Assembly (NCBI GenBank): GCA_010909165.1
Contig: MU008169.1
Location: forward strand, 1-64,000
From: Anthoceros angustus
Taxonomy: Eukaryota > Plantae > Anthocerotophyta
Reading direction: 5' to 3'
DNA: 64,000 bases
A program made the position numbers and the translations under genes. Shown piece after piece: positions 1 through 12,482 of this stretch. Below the pieces are notes generated by a model that searched no databases, was not told the DNA's origin, and worked only from the letters and a program-made list of their open reading frames with translations. Each line of letters starts with the position of its first letter. Position 1 is the stretch's first letter.

Positions 1-866
1 ATTTTCGTCCTCCTTGCTGGTTTGCACCCAATATTTCATGCAATGTTTGTTGTTGTTTGCGGTTCCGGCATTGTGAAGCTTTGGCTGTCCAAGTGCGAGA
101 AGTAGTGTTAAAGATCTTGATTTGACAATGAGACCAACTCGGTGTATTCAACATCGACATGTTGAAAAGGTTAAGTGTAAAGGTGGTTTAAGTTTTATCC
201 TTCATTCTCTTATTGTGTTTGTCGATTCTATGTTTTGGCAGTAGCCACCACTAAAGATCTGTCGGCCACTAGTTTGTGCATTTGGTCCTCGATTCAACAT
301 TGATGGTGCCCGAGTGTGGTGGAGGTGATGCCTCCTCGTTGAGGCCTGTAAGCATTTTATGAGTCGTTTGGTGTTTCAAGGTTTGTTTCTTTTCTTCTTT
401 TGCTGATTGGTATTTGACTTTTTGTTGCTTTTTGTTGCGTTGCCAATTATTACCACCCTTGCTATCCACCATGAAAGCGGGCCCTTTGCCCTTTTTGGAC
501 GTTAGTATCTTCTTTGTATTTTGGTTCTCCTTGCTGGTTTGCACCCAATATTTCATACAATGTTTGTTGTTGTTTGCGTTCCAGCATTGTGAAGCTTTGG
601 AAGCTCAAGTGCCGAAAGTAGTGTTAAAGATCTTGATTGACAACGGACCAACTCGGGTGTATTCAACATCGACATGTTGAAAAGGTTAAGTGTAAAGGTG
701 GTTTAAGTTTCATCCTTCATTCTCTTATTGTGTTTGTCGATTCTATGTTTTGGCGAGTATTAGCCCCACCACTAGTTTGTTTGCATTTAGCATTTGGTTC
801 CTCATTTCAACATTGATGGTGCCACGAGTGTGGTGGAGGTGATGCCTCCTCGATTGGAGGCCTGTG
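1..866. repeat. ~520 bp tandem duplication
   Basis: 1-346 recurs at ~520-866; the copies diverge after GAGGCCTGT. Confidence 0.9.
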
Positions 867-1589
867 TGCCAAGTCATTGTGGTGAGACAGGGGAAGTGCA
901 ACAGGAAGGATTGTGGAGACACCTATAGCTTTGGATATGGTAGAGCGGCATGGGGTTGAGAAGGGTGGTTCAAGCGAGTTTGAGCGTCTTCGAGATTACC
1001 CGAGAAAGGAGAATGACAGGAGAATCGAAAAGGGAATTTCAACGGCAAAAGATTTAGAATCATTGATTGAGCAAGAGGCGCAAGGCGTACAACCGAGTTT
1101 CCAAGCAAGAGAAAGCTTTGGAGATCCAAAGGAGAAAAATGTCGAAAGGAGGCAAGAGTATTTCAAAGCAGAAAAACTCAAGCAGCGGGAAGGAGCAAAT
1201 GCGAAGATTGCGTGGGAAAGCGGCAGAAGCAAACTATTGACAATGTTACAGTCCTCCAGGCCCACTTCCATCCATGGAAAACCATATAAAAAGTAAGTTG
1301 ATTTAATTGTTCCCTTGATTTTGATCGCTAATTTTACTTTAGTAGACTAAGACGGTAATGTTTGATTAGGTTCTCAACTTTCGAAGATGAAGAATTTCTC
1401 CAAAGCCCCGTGTTCATCAACTTCGCAAACTATGATAATGTTGGACAAGTTGCCCGGTTAAACCAAGTGGTCTTGGAAACTATGTCTTCAATCTCTACAA
1501 TTGTACGATCAATTTTCCAAAATAAGGTGGGAATCTTTCTAATGAACTTTTCTTTTCATTCCGAATCATCTAATTGGTTACAAGCCTAA
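66..1589 (+). CDS. Putative spliced accessory gene inside S1, unknown function (partly duplicated)
   Basis: Exon-like segments bounded by T-rich GT..AG introns (acceptor TTCCAG ~585, donor GTTAAG ~171, donor GTAAGT ~1290); charged ORF 913-1296 and ORF 1362-1589. No recognised domain. Confidence 0.4.
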
Positions 1590-1842
1590 TTTACTTTGTA
1601 TATGTAGATTTGTAATTTCGAATAAGGAGGATCAACTATTCTGGTATTTTCTCTATTTTCTGTTATTTTGAATTCATGCAATTACGGATATACGAAACTT
1701 TGCAAAGATGATATTTCTTTGTTGGTTTTTGTATATCCGGATCCGCATGAATGGTATATGTAAGATGTTTCTTGCCGATTAGCGATTGTGTTGGAATTAC
1801 TAGGCCTCCACAGATTACAATCTACCATGGTATTTCAGCACT

Positions 1843-2010
1843 TGCTATTCACTTGGTGATCATTCTTTACCCTCTTGTTCTAGTTTTGATTTGGATGGTA
1901 AAATGTTTCCATTCATCCTCGTTTTTACTCTATATTCACTTGGTTGATCCATTCTTTACCCTCCTATTCTAGTTTTGACTTGGATGGTAAAATGTTTCCA
2001 TCCATCATCT
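1843..2010. repeat. ~87 bp tandem duplication
   Basis: CTATTCACTTGGT..ATGGTAAAATGTTTCCAT occurs twice in succession. Confidence 0.8.
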
Positions 2011-2146
2011 ATGCTTTCTACTCTATTGTTACAATTTCCACCTTATTCGGTAAAAATTTTACCAATTGAAAAATTCTCTCTCTTCGTTTTTACCTTTTGG
2101 CCCGAAAAAACCAATGGGCGTCGAGGCCCCAGGCAGGCAGGACTGC

Positions 2147-2600
2147 GTAACCACGGGCGTAACCACATAAGTACACCAATGCACAAGTGCCCATGTAACC
2201 CGCAGGACCGTAACCACATGGCAAGACAAGTACACCATGCCACGACCACATAGCAAGAGAAGTACACCATGCCACACCCTGTATAAGTGCCCATATACAC
2301 GGAGCATATCACGACCACATGGCGGAAAAGTGAACCATCAGACAAGTGCCCATGTAACCATGGGAACATGCCAGACCACAAGGAAACAAGAGTGAGCCAT
2401 GCACAAGTGCCCATGTAATGGAACATGCGGGACCACAAGGCAAGAAGAGTGAGCCATGCACAAGTGCCCATGTAAAGGAACATGCCAGACCACAAGGCAA
2501 GAAGAGTGAGCCATGCACAAGTGCCCATGTAACCACGGGAACATGCGAGGATCACATGGCAAGAAAAGTGAACAAGCATACAAGTGCACATGTAACCAAC
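2147..2600. repeat. Motif array (ACAAGTGCCCATGTAACC, ~58-60 bp period) inside S1
   Basis: About 7 copies of CAAGTGCCCATGTA plus repeated GACCACA. Confidence 0.9.
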
Positions 2601-3110
2601 TTGAAGGGAACATACCCATCTGCTATATAAAGCCACGTCCATACTTGTCGACGCTTGTTCAACCCTTGCGACGACATGCCTCCATCCCCACCACACGTGT
2701 ATGGTCAAGGAAGTTGAATTCAAGATGAATTCAACATCCTCCCTGTGTGCCAAATGGCGAGCACCTCTGAGGAAGAGCCAGTCAAAAACCAGGGACATAC
2801 TGCCATATGCATTTCATTGTTGGAAATTATCTCCATGGTTCAAGGACACAACGTACCGGGTCTGCTCTATAAAGCTGGCAATGTATTTGCCTGAGCTGGA
2901 AAATGACCGTGTGCCCAAGACCAATGGCATCTACAATTTGTACACTGCACCATGCATTATTGGATCATCGTTGGATACAAACAAGCTATCTTCATGGTTC
3001 AAGGAAACAACGATAAGGGGCAATGAGATGCCAACAATCTCCGTCCAGTCAACGTGATGCTTGCACTCCACACCAAAACAACGACTTTTACCACTCCACA
3101 TCAAAACAAC

Positions 3111-6100
3111 CTAAGGATCCCTAACGGCATCATCACGATTACTCTCCTCCACAAGGAGTCCACTACTTGAGCATCGATGATAGGACGTATAACAACTCGT
3201 CACCATCCATTCATGGTGGACCATGTCAAACTTGCATAGTTTGACTAACTCAGTTGAACATCATGCGTTCTCTAGAGGCAAGGTATAGGCGGACCGAATA
3301 TTCTTACGCAACATGTAATCTTGACCAACCACCACGCACCGACGATGTGTGACGGCTCCAAGGCGATGTCGGCTTGTGCTAAGCGTGTGCTTCACCTCAG
3401 TGCACTGCAGAAGGTAGAATTCTTGGCCCTCATCTTCTTTATTGGCAAAAACCATGAAGTTGTCACCGACTTCCAAGAGGTCGCCGTCGAGAGATCCACA
3501 CTTCATCATCGCGGACAAGGAGGCGTCGAGTAAAGGAATTGCCGGTGGGGCTGCGGGTAATCCGAGGAGCAGGACCATCAGCATGTGGTCTAATCGTAAC
3601 CAAATTCCAAAAGCCGGCGTGGAACTCTCTTGCAAGCATCATGGTTGCTTTCCATACACTCTGCACAAAAACAGGACAGGCTGCGCATTTTCAGTTGCCT
3701 GGGATCTGCCACACTAGCCCCATACAGGCTATGCATCTTCTTGGACCCGGGTATGGAGTCACAAGCATATTTCACCCTCCGATTCACCTCATCCTTGCCA
3801 ATAAGCCAGAAACTTCTATGCACTCCATGCTGCCCAGATGCATAAGAGCTTGCTGCAGCAGCAGAAATGTGTTCTTGCAGGTACTGGACAACATCAGCTG
3901 CATTTTGCAACCTCCCTGCCGTGGGAGAGGACTCTGCAGCTCTAAGGGCTCTCTTCAAAATAGCACCTGCACCATCATGCTCTCCCTTGCCATGGCCACT
4001 CCCAAAGTATGACCACATGTTGCGGCCACACAGCTAGGGTACACAGGAGATGAAGTATGAAGGTCGACATGCCTTGAATTGACTTGCTGCTCCATCGACC
4101 AGCACCAATGCTCCGAGGTCTTGGGAACCACAGATCCAACATCCACCACCAATGCTTCATCAAAGCAGTGTTGAGCGAAGGCGTGTCATGCACAAGGTCG
4201 TCAGCGATGTAGAAGTGGTAGTATTTCGAATGTTTGCGCGGGGTTGTCGGCATCTAGGGGCCATTGCGCTAGAAAACCGAGCGAGGATGGAAACACGGTC
4301 ATTACGCCAATGCATGGTGGATTTCATCTTGGACTCCAAATGCGTAATTCGAGAAAATCCATAACCGAGACAACCACATCGGATGGAAACCACTCTAGGC
4401 AATGCGAACTCCAACCCGCCATCGAACAAAGTCATGGAGAATGAAATCCTTCAACTTGCCCTTGAAGAACTCAACAAATTCTGCTGGATGTGTCTCCATG
4501 AAGACAAGTTTGATCCGTTTCTTATCCTGCCCATCCACATCCTTGCCCACAACTTGGTATTGGAAGCATCTCCATTTTAGAAGAGCATTAGGTGAACATT
4601 TATAGAAGTCTCCAATGACGAACTTAAGCTTATTCACCCCACATAGGACACAAGTGCCTTGCGGACATGCGAGCATGCCAATCTGCATCAGCCTTCGCAC
4701 AAAGAGCACTTTGACAAAGCGATCTCAGCCACACATGTGGAGGAGCATTACAAACAATGGGAGATGTACTGGCGGCAAAGCAGACCTCCACAAGAACAAT
4801 GGCAAAGACCACGGGGATGGACACGAGAGAGAGTCCCACGGAGGCCATTCAATGCATCCTTCAAAAGGCCATCTCCACATGATAACAACAAAGATTACGC
4901 TCCTGCAGCTCTTCACAAAAATGGCTTCAACTTCTCAAAGCTCCGCCCTACTTGAATGTTGGTGTTCCTCACAAAAGCGCAAGTAGAATTGATCACGGCC
5001 CACACATGCGATCCGCCACACCTCGGATGAACTTGAACACCTGAATTTGCCCACAAGGCCCCAAGCAGATGCCTAATTGAAGTTCAAAATCAACATCTAC
5101 ACTAAGCATTTACACACAGTCAAATGAGTCAGAAAGCTTACAAACCCACAGCTTTGCCAGGCCAGAGCCTCTGTTACAGCTTGGTACATGCAATCTGCTA
5201 CACCTCAAATGAACCAGGACTGCAGCACCAAATTTTTCTGTCATGTCCCCCAAGCAGATGGCCAACTAAGGTTACAATCAACATGTACACTAGGCATTCA
5301 CACACACTCTGACAAGGAGATGCCCAAACAGCATGTAAAAGGCAACCAGCAATAACATGGATTTGTGCATCACACAAAGGCACAAGACCATGACCCAAAC
5401 GTACTTGTGACATGTCAAGAAAGTGCGTGATGTGGTTGATGAAGGTTTTAGGCTGCGTCGCGGCAGCTTGGTATCTTTGTGTTTGACGCGGCAATTCCAA
5501 AAGCGGGCGATGCTTGCTTTCACATAGGCGGAAGGATGTCGACCTTGCTTTCCTTCCACCCCACACCATGTTCTCGGCACGAAACATATCCTCCGCACGG
5601 TGCTCAAAGCTTGATGGATCGCCTCCGCTCACTCCTATGTGCCGAGAAAGGCTCGAAAGGGACCCTTTCCTTGGATATCCTCGATAAGATAATGTTGAAC
5701 AAGGTGTTCCTTGCCCGCAATTTGTCACCAACTTGAACATCATTTAAACTTGTGCAAGCCTCACGCACATTCTTCAACAACAATGCTCCCAATTGGCTGT
5801 CTTTGGCATCTGTCGAGCTCTTGGTGAAACATCTTCAGAATGGCGGTTACTAAACTTCTCCGAATGTCTTGACGACATTACGCGTGTATCCACTTGTAAG
5901 CTCTAAAGCGATGACCTAATTTGCGAGCCACATCACCTTGCGGCGTAAGCATTCCTTAACACGCGTGACCATAGCTCAGCTCTCTAAACTTACATGCAGA
6001 CGGTTGAAGTTTGGGCACCACGAGTTTCTTGCACAGTAGCGATTGCATCCTCTTACATTCCACCTTCCTCTCTTCTTTGCATGGGTCCCCTCGTTTGACC

Positions 6101-6210
6101 TCTTCGAGGAATACCAAGATTCCTTGTTATTCTCCTTCACGGCAACTCTTGAACACCAGCTTCACTAGAAGATGCTTACTTGCTGACTGGGCTGGGCTGG
6201 CGTTCTCATT
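3111..6210 (-). pseudogene. Sola-like DDD transposase (frameshifted, one intron ~4990-5404)
   Basis: Motifs across frames: VMDFLENYAFGVQDEIQSMHW, FYIADDLVHDT, WSDGAASQFK, WSYFGSGHGKGEHDGAGAILKR, C-terminal LEVGDNFMVF..EFYLLQC; donor after FLDMSQ. Start position uncertain. Confidence 0.85.
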
Positions 6211-6942
6211 GTCGGCGTTTCATGACCCGCTCCAGGGTTGATGGTGACCGAGCCATGCACGCTACGCACAACCCTAAACAAAAGCACGGTACTGATTAGA
6301 CTCCAACTTTGTACCGCAGCGGGCCAAGAACAAGCCAGGCACAACCCTAAAAGCACTGATCACCTCAGTAAGCAAGCTCGCGCCTCCACGGATCCGGTTG
6401 TAGGGTGTGAGCTGCTGATCGTGTGATCCTACAAGGTGATCGATATCGACCACCACTGCGCATCCGCGATTCCCTCGGAGTTCCATGAAAGCCCATCAAG
6501 AACCAACAGTTAGAAATACAATGAACCAAGGACTACCTAAACCCAATGCATACCACCACCTCGCCTACCACTTCCACCACCTCAATCCACCACTCCCTTG
6601 CCAACCCTTGCCACGGTACCTTGGTCCTGCCTCAACCCTGCTCACATCACGCCACATATACCCACCAGTGAGCTAAGTCCAAAGCTCTCATCAAAGAAAA
6701 CGTTTATCAAACATGCCGCAGATCTAGGTCTAACTGCGCTCCATATCGAGTTCCAGTTCTCATGCTACATAGTCCGGCCCAGACCTCAAGATAAGCCTAC
6801 TCTATACATGTGTGTTGAGATGCACTCCTCGCCCTGGTGTGTGGTGACCTCTTCTGACGCAGCAACCCTAAATCGAAGTGCGGCGAAGTGCGGCAACTCA
6901 AAATTTGTTCGATTACACGACGATCCGTTTGCTCATCTAAAT

Positions 6943-8650
6943 AAATATGCTACAAAATGATTTAGGTAAGGGCGAGTGCGCCTACACACTGTTCTCGGGC
7001 CCGCCGTAAACATAGTGTGACAAGTGCCGAGTGAGACAATGCCCATCCCAAGTAGTCTCTAAATTTAGACTTTCATTTTGAATATTTTCATGAGTATTTT
7101 AATTTTAAATTTTAATCTCATGTAGAAGTGATATATTTGTATATCTTGTAAAAAATCAGATAGTTTAGAGAAGAAATAAATTAGTTAAAATTATTAACGT
7201 TACATGAGGACAAAATAACAATGTTTATGTTTCTCACTAATGTGAGCACCAAACCATGCTTACACCCTATGACGGATCAAGCCCATAAAGTCATTGTTAG
7301 TCAAACCCGAGATAGTATGACCACGGGATGAGTGGCGGGACTGGATGAGCTTGCTAGATCTACTATCATGCTAACATTGTCAAAAGCGATGTACTTCAAT
7401 GTGAAAGATAAGACCACAAGTTACGGCGTGGATGTGACTGTATGAGAAGCAAAGTGCGGCTTCTCGGTGTATTGGTTGAAGCGGTGGTGGACTTGAAGAT
7501 GAAGGAAGGGACGAGGATGTCCGATCATCGAATGATTTCAATACCATTTTCAGCCACTCTCATCTCAAGGTATCACATTCCCAGTTCCGTGAGAGCTATG
7601 TTTCATTGGTCACATTACGGAGTTGGGACACCTTTAAATGCCGAGTAATTGCCTTTGCTAGTGGTCTTACCATTGTAAATGTAGAAGGTAGCACATTGGC
7701 GAGGAGGTGAGCAGGAAAACATGGAACCTTCCAAAGGTTCCGGTGCCCTCATAGTGAGAGGGAGGTCCCTGCGAAGGGAAGCAACCGACGAAGCTTTCTC
7801 GTAAATATGCTACAAAATGATTTAGGTAAGGGCGAGTGCCCGCCACCACATTCTCGGGCCCACTTCGTAAACATAGTGTGACAAGTGCCGAGTGAGACAA
7901 TGCCCATCCCAAGTAGTCTCTAAATTTAGACTTTCATTTTGAATATTTTCATGAGTATTTTAATTTTAAATTTTAATCTCATGTAGAAGTGATATATTTG
8001 TATATCTTGTAAAAAATCAGATAGTTTAGAGAAGAAATAAATTAGTTAAAATTATTAACGTTACATGAGGACAAAATAACAATGTTTAGTAGTTTCTCAC
8101 TAATGTGAGCACCAAACCATGCTTACCACATGACGAGATCAAGCCCATAAAAGTTAAGTGAGCAGGATAGTATGACGGGATGAGTGGCGGGACTGGATGA
8201 GCTTGCTAGATCTACTATCATGCTAACATTGTCAGTGTACTTCAATGTGAAAGATAAGACCACGAGTTACTGGTATGGCGGGCATGTGACTGATGAGCAA
8301 AGTGCGGCTTCTCGGTGTATTGGTTGAAGCGGTGGTGGACTTGAAGATGAAGGAAGGGACGAGGATGTCCGATCATCATGATTTCAATACCATTTTCAGC
8401 TCTCATCTCAAGGTATCACATTCCCAGTTAGTGAGAGCTATGTTTACATTGGTCACATTACGGAGTTGGGACACCTTTAAATGACTCGAGTAATTACGCC
8501 TTTGCTAGTGGTCTTACCATTGTAAATGTAGAAGGTAGCACATTGGCGAGGAGGTGAGCAGGAAAACATGGAACCTTCAAAAGGTTCCGGTGCCCTCATA
8601 GTGAGAGGGAGGTCCCTGCGAAGGGAAGCAAGGACGAGCTTTCTCGTAGC
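6943..8650. repeat. ~860 bp tandem duplication spanning the S1 end and D gag
   Basis: AAATATGCTACAAAATGATTTAGG at ~6943 and ~7803; the two copies carry different indels. Confidence 0.9.
7246..7267. repeat. Right TIR of S1 (degraded second copy near 8109 within the duplication)
   Basis: Reverse complement GGGTGTAAGCATGGTTTGGTGC, preceded by the hairpin CTCAC-TAAT-GTGAG. Confidence 0.85.
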
Positions 8651-11600
8651 AAATCTCGTAGTCGTAACAAGAATGTGGAGTGTCACTATTGTCACAAAGG
8701 GTCACTTCAAAAGAGAGTGCGAGAAGTTCAAAAGGACCAAGGAAAAGAAGAAGCGGGGACAAGAAGGCGACTTGAATCGAGTTGGAAGAGTTAAAATTCA
8801 TTGAGGACGGAGATGTCCTTATCTCTTCTTACTTGAATCTTTGCAATTAACGTGGATAGTCATTTATTCGCAATTGGATAATTGACTGGTGCATCTTTCC
8901 ATGTTACTCCTCATAGAGAGTGGTTTAACGTATGATGCTACAAGGAAAGGATGTGTTAGGCTTGGAAATAACTATGCATGCGGATCGCGGGCGTTGGTGA
9001 TGTGCAACTCAAGTTTGACAACGGATCTTCATTCATCTTTGAAGGGCGTTAGGCATGTTCGAAGTTGACAAAAGCATGATTAGCGCAGGTTGGATGATCT
9101 TTGGTTACTTCTGGTTTGGGGATCACTCTTGGAAGATCTCCAAAGGTTCTGTGTTAGCTCGTGGATCGAAGTGTGGCACTTTGTACTCACTTGAGTAAAC
9201 CGTCGATCATATAATCATGTAACAGGCAAATGTTTCCTTGTGGCATTGCGGTTAGGACATATGTCTCGAGAAGGGAATGAAGGTTTTATCTCGTTACGGT
9301 TATCCCACTGTTCTTAACTTCTCGATCTCTCGATGTGTGAGCACTTTTATATGGGAAGCAGACAAAATCATCACATCGAACAAGAGGTAAAGTAAGTAAA
9401 CCTCTTGAGTTGGTTCACGATGTATGTGGACCTATGCCTCTGCATCATTAGGCGGTGCCTCCTATTTTGTCACTTTCATAGATGATTTCTCACGCAAGGT
9501 GTGGGTTTATCCTTTGAGGAAAAAGGATGAAGTTCGGTGTTTGAAATTTGTCACCCTTGTAGAGAATCTGCCACCGATTGAAGTGTCTAAGGGCGGATAA
9601 TGGTGGAAGTATGTTCAAGCTTTCCATTCGTGATTCCAAGGGAATCAAAAGAGAATTTCGTATACTCCTCCACAAAATGGTGTGGTGGCGGATGAAACAG
9701 AACCATTCGAGGAGAGGATGCGTAGTTTGTTGTCAAACTCGGATTGCCTAATGGGTTTTGGGCGAGCGATTCTCTGCAATTCATCTTATTAACGGATCTC
9801 CTAATAAGGCATTGATAGCGAGTTCGAGGAGCTATGGTGCGGAAAGAAACCATCCTACAAGCATCTGCGAGTGTTTGGTATGAGGCATCTTGCCATGTTC
9901 CAAAAGAGTTTCGGGACAAGTTGGCACCTAAGTCCAAGAAATGTATTTTTCTTGGCTATGGTGATTCTGGTGAGATGGGATCGTTTGTGGGATCGAGGCT
10001 AGAAAGGTTGTTCGTACTAACGTGTTCTTCAATGAGAACAAGATGCAGAAGCCTACTCCAAGCTGGAGAGTGCGAAGGGTGATCTTCCAAGAAGATGGAC
10101 ATGATCATCATGGGCGGGTTGATACGTGGTAATGTGCGAGGAGCACATTCCTCCAGTAGATGAACCAAGAGTCGAACAAGCTCCTATAGAGTGTGCCCGT
10201 AGGTCGAGGCGGATTACGACCTCACGGCGGGTATGATCCATCTCGGATTATGTCATGCCGACAGATTGTGGGAACCCTCTTCTTACAAAGAGGCCATGTC
10301 AATGAGTAACAAGAAGTGGGAGAAGGCCATGCGGTAAATGAATTTGCATAAGAACCAAACTTGGGAGTTGGTTGGTTGCCTAGGATAAGAAGGCACTCTG
10401 CAAATGGGTGTACAAGATGAAGGTCATACTTGATGGCAAACCAAAGTACAAGGCACGATTGGTTGCTAAGGGTTTCAAGCAACAACAGGCATTGACTTTG
10501 ATGAGATTTTCTCACGATAGTCAAAATGACAACTTTGCGATGTGTTCTTGCTTTGGTTGGAATGATATGGAACTTATGCGGATGGATGTCAAGGCGCATT
10601 CTTGCATGGTGACCTTCAAGAGGCGTCTACATGCAGCAACGAAGGTTTTGTTGAGAAGGGCAAAGAGAATCGGTGTGCGAGGTTGAGGAAGAGCCTTTAT
10701 GGTTTGAAAGCAGGCAGAGTGGTATCACAAGTTCCACTCATTTATGCTTTCTCAAGGCTACAAGCGTGGCGATGAGGATCATTGCCTCTATCTGAAGCAA
10801 GCTAAGGATCAAAGCTTGCTCATTTTGATCCTCTATGTGGATGATATGCTAATTCTTTGGAGCGATCTTGATGAGATTTGTTGAAGTCAAAGTTGAATGC
10901 TCACTTTGAAATGACAGACTTGGGAGGCGAGCCATATACTTGGCATGCGTATTCGTCGGAGCAGACATAAGCGCTTTATTTGTCTCGACGGAATACATTA
11001 AGTGCTTCAACGTTTCAACATGGAGAAGGGAAGCCATTGGGTACTCCATTGCCTCCATATGTGAAACTTTCAAGCGGATTGCCCAAGCTACGAGGAGGAC
11101 AAAATGAAATGGAGAAGGTCCCATACTCATCAGGTAGGGAGTTTGATGTATGCAATGATTGCTACCGTCGACATTGCCTTTGCGGTGGGAGTGGTTAGCG
11201 GTTTATGTCAAACCAGCAAGAAGCATTGGGAGGCGATAAAAGGAGTTATGAGGTATCTGAATGGTACAAAAGCTTTGTGCATATGTTTTGGTAGTGAAGA
11301 TGCATGTGTGGTTGGGTACAGATCTTGATGAGATTTGTTGAAGTCAAAGTTGAATGCTCACTTTGAAATGACAGACTTGGGAGAGGCGAGCCATATACTT
11401 GGCATGCGTATTCGTCGGAGCAGACATAAGCGTCTTTATTTGTCTCGACGGAATACATTAAGGTGCTTCAACGTTTCAACATGGAGAAGGAAGCCATTGG
11501 GTACTCCATTGCCTCCATATGTGAAACTTTCAAGCGCGGATTGCCCAAGCTACGAGGAGGACAAAGCTGAAATGGAGAAGGTCCCATACTCATCGGTGTA

Positions 11601-12210
11601 GGGAGTTTGATGTATGCAATGATTGCTACGTCGACATTGCCTTTGCGGTGGGAGTGGTTAGCGAGTTTATGTCAAACCAGCAAGAAGCATTGGGAGGCGA
11701 TAAAAGGAGTTATGAGGTATCTGAATGGTACAAAAGCTTTGTGCATATGTTTTGGTAGTGAAGATGCATGTGTGGTTGGGTACAGATCTATTATGAGGAT
11801 ATGGACAAAAGGAGGTCCACATCGAGTTATGTCTTCATGTGCCTTTGGAGGCGATCTCATGGCGATCTCGTTTGCGATCGTGCATTACGCTATCTACCAC
11901 AGGCCGAGTATGTTGCGACAAGAGGCTTGCAAGGAAGCCATATGGCTTGCTCGTTTAGTGGGAGACTTGGGGATCAAGGTTGAGTTGCCGGTGTTGCATT
12001 GTGATAGCAGTGCTATCCAATTGGCAAAGAATCGATGTTTCATGCGAAGACTAAACATGTGGATGTGAAGTATCACTTCATTCGAGAGGTGTTGGATGAC
12101 AAGAGGGTACAACTTGTCAAGGTTCACACACCAGAACCTGAGATATTCTTACCAAGGGACTCTCTACGAGCAATTTGCACAAGCTCGGACACGATGGGCA
12201 TGAGGTAGTC
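7268..12210 (+). pseudogene. Copia D gag-pol (frameshifted)
   Basis: gag LVDLKMKEG, zinc knuckle ECHYCHK.GHFKREC, protease WIID.GASFH (~8875), integrase FIDDFSRKVWVY, RT KYKARLVAKGF and LYVDDML, RNase H ACKEAIWLARLVGDLG. Confidence 0.9.
10865..11792. repeat. ~460 bp tandem duplication in D RT
   Basis: GATCTTGATGAGATTTGTTG occurs twice; junction microhomology GATCT. Confidence 0.9.
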
Positions 12211-12250
12211 CATTCTTCTCTGAAGGTAAATTGGCCTTTAAGTGGGAGGT

Positions 12251-12482
12251 TGTAAGGGTATTAAAGCCCAATGTACTTAGACTAATACACTTAGTCTAAG
12301 TTAGGTGTCATCATTAGTTTAGTGAAGCTAATCACTAGGAAGCTTCTTGTGCTTCCTAGGGGCTTCTTGTGGAGCTTCCTAGGAGCCTGTTGGAGGTATA
12401 AATACCCCAGCCTCATCTCAATGAGAGATACATTTGCTTCCTCCTCTCCTCTCCTCTTTCCACCATCATGGGCTGCCACACA
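12251..12482 (+). repeat. 3' LTR of copia D (~232 bp)
   Basis: Starts TGTAAGG right after the PPT, contains TATAAATA, ends CCACACA where H sequence (ATCATTGTG) begins; no second LTR in the window to confirm. Confidence 0.65.

Larger units (their letters stand above)
1..7267 (-). mobile_element. S1: Sola-like (Sola2-type) TIR DNA transposon, left end outside window, inserted in gag of copia D
   Basis: Right TIR GCACCAAACCATGCTTACACCC (7246-7267) matches the TIR of element C at 20/22; minus-strand DDD transposase at 3111-~6210; copia gag resumes right after 7267. Confidence 0.8.
7268..12482 (+). mobile_element. Ty1/copia LTR retrotransposon D (5' part outside window, interrupted by S1)
   Basis: gag-PR-INT-RT-RH order; PPT AAGTGGGAGG at ~12240; 3' LTR TGT..ACA follows. 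Confidence 0.9.

Noticed and set aside
269-700. Minus-strand copia gag zinc-knuckle-like reading
   Set aside because: A CX2CX4HX4C motif needs several invented edits; the T-rich plus-strand intron interpretation fits better.
2043-2798. 251-aa minus-strand ORF with repeated YMGTCAWLTLL
   Set aside because: Translation of the minisatellite; open frames occur on both strands.
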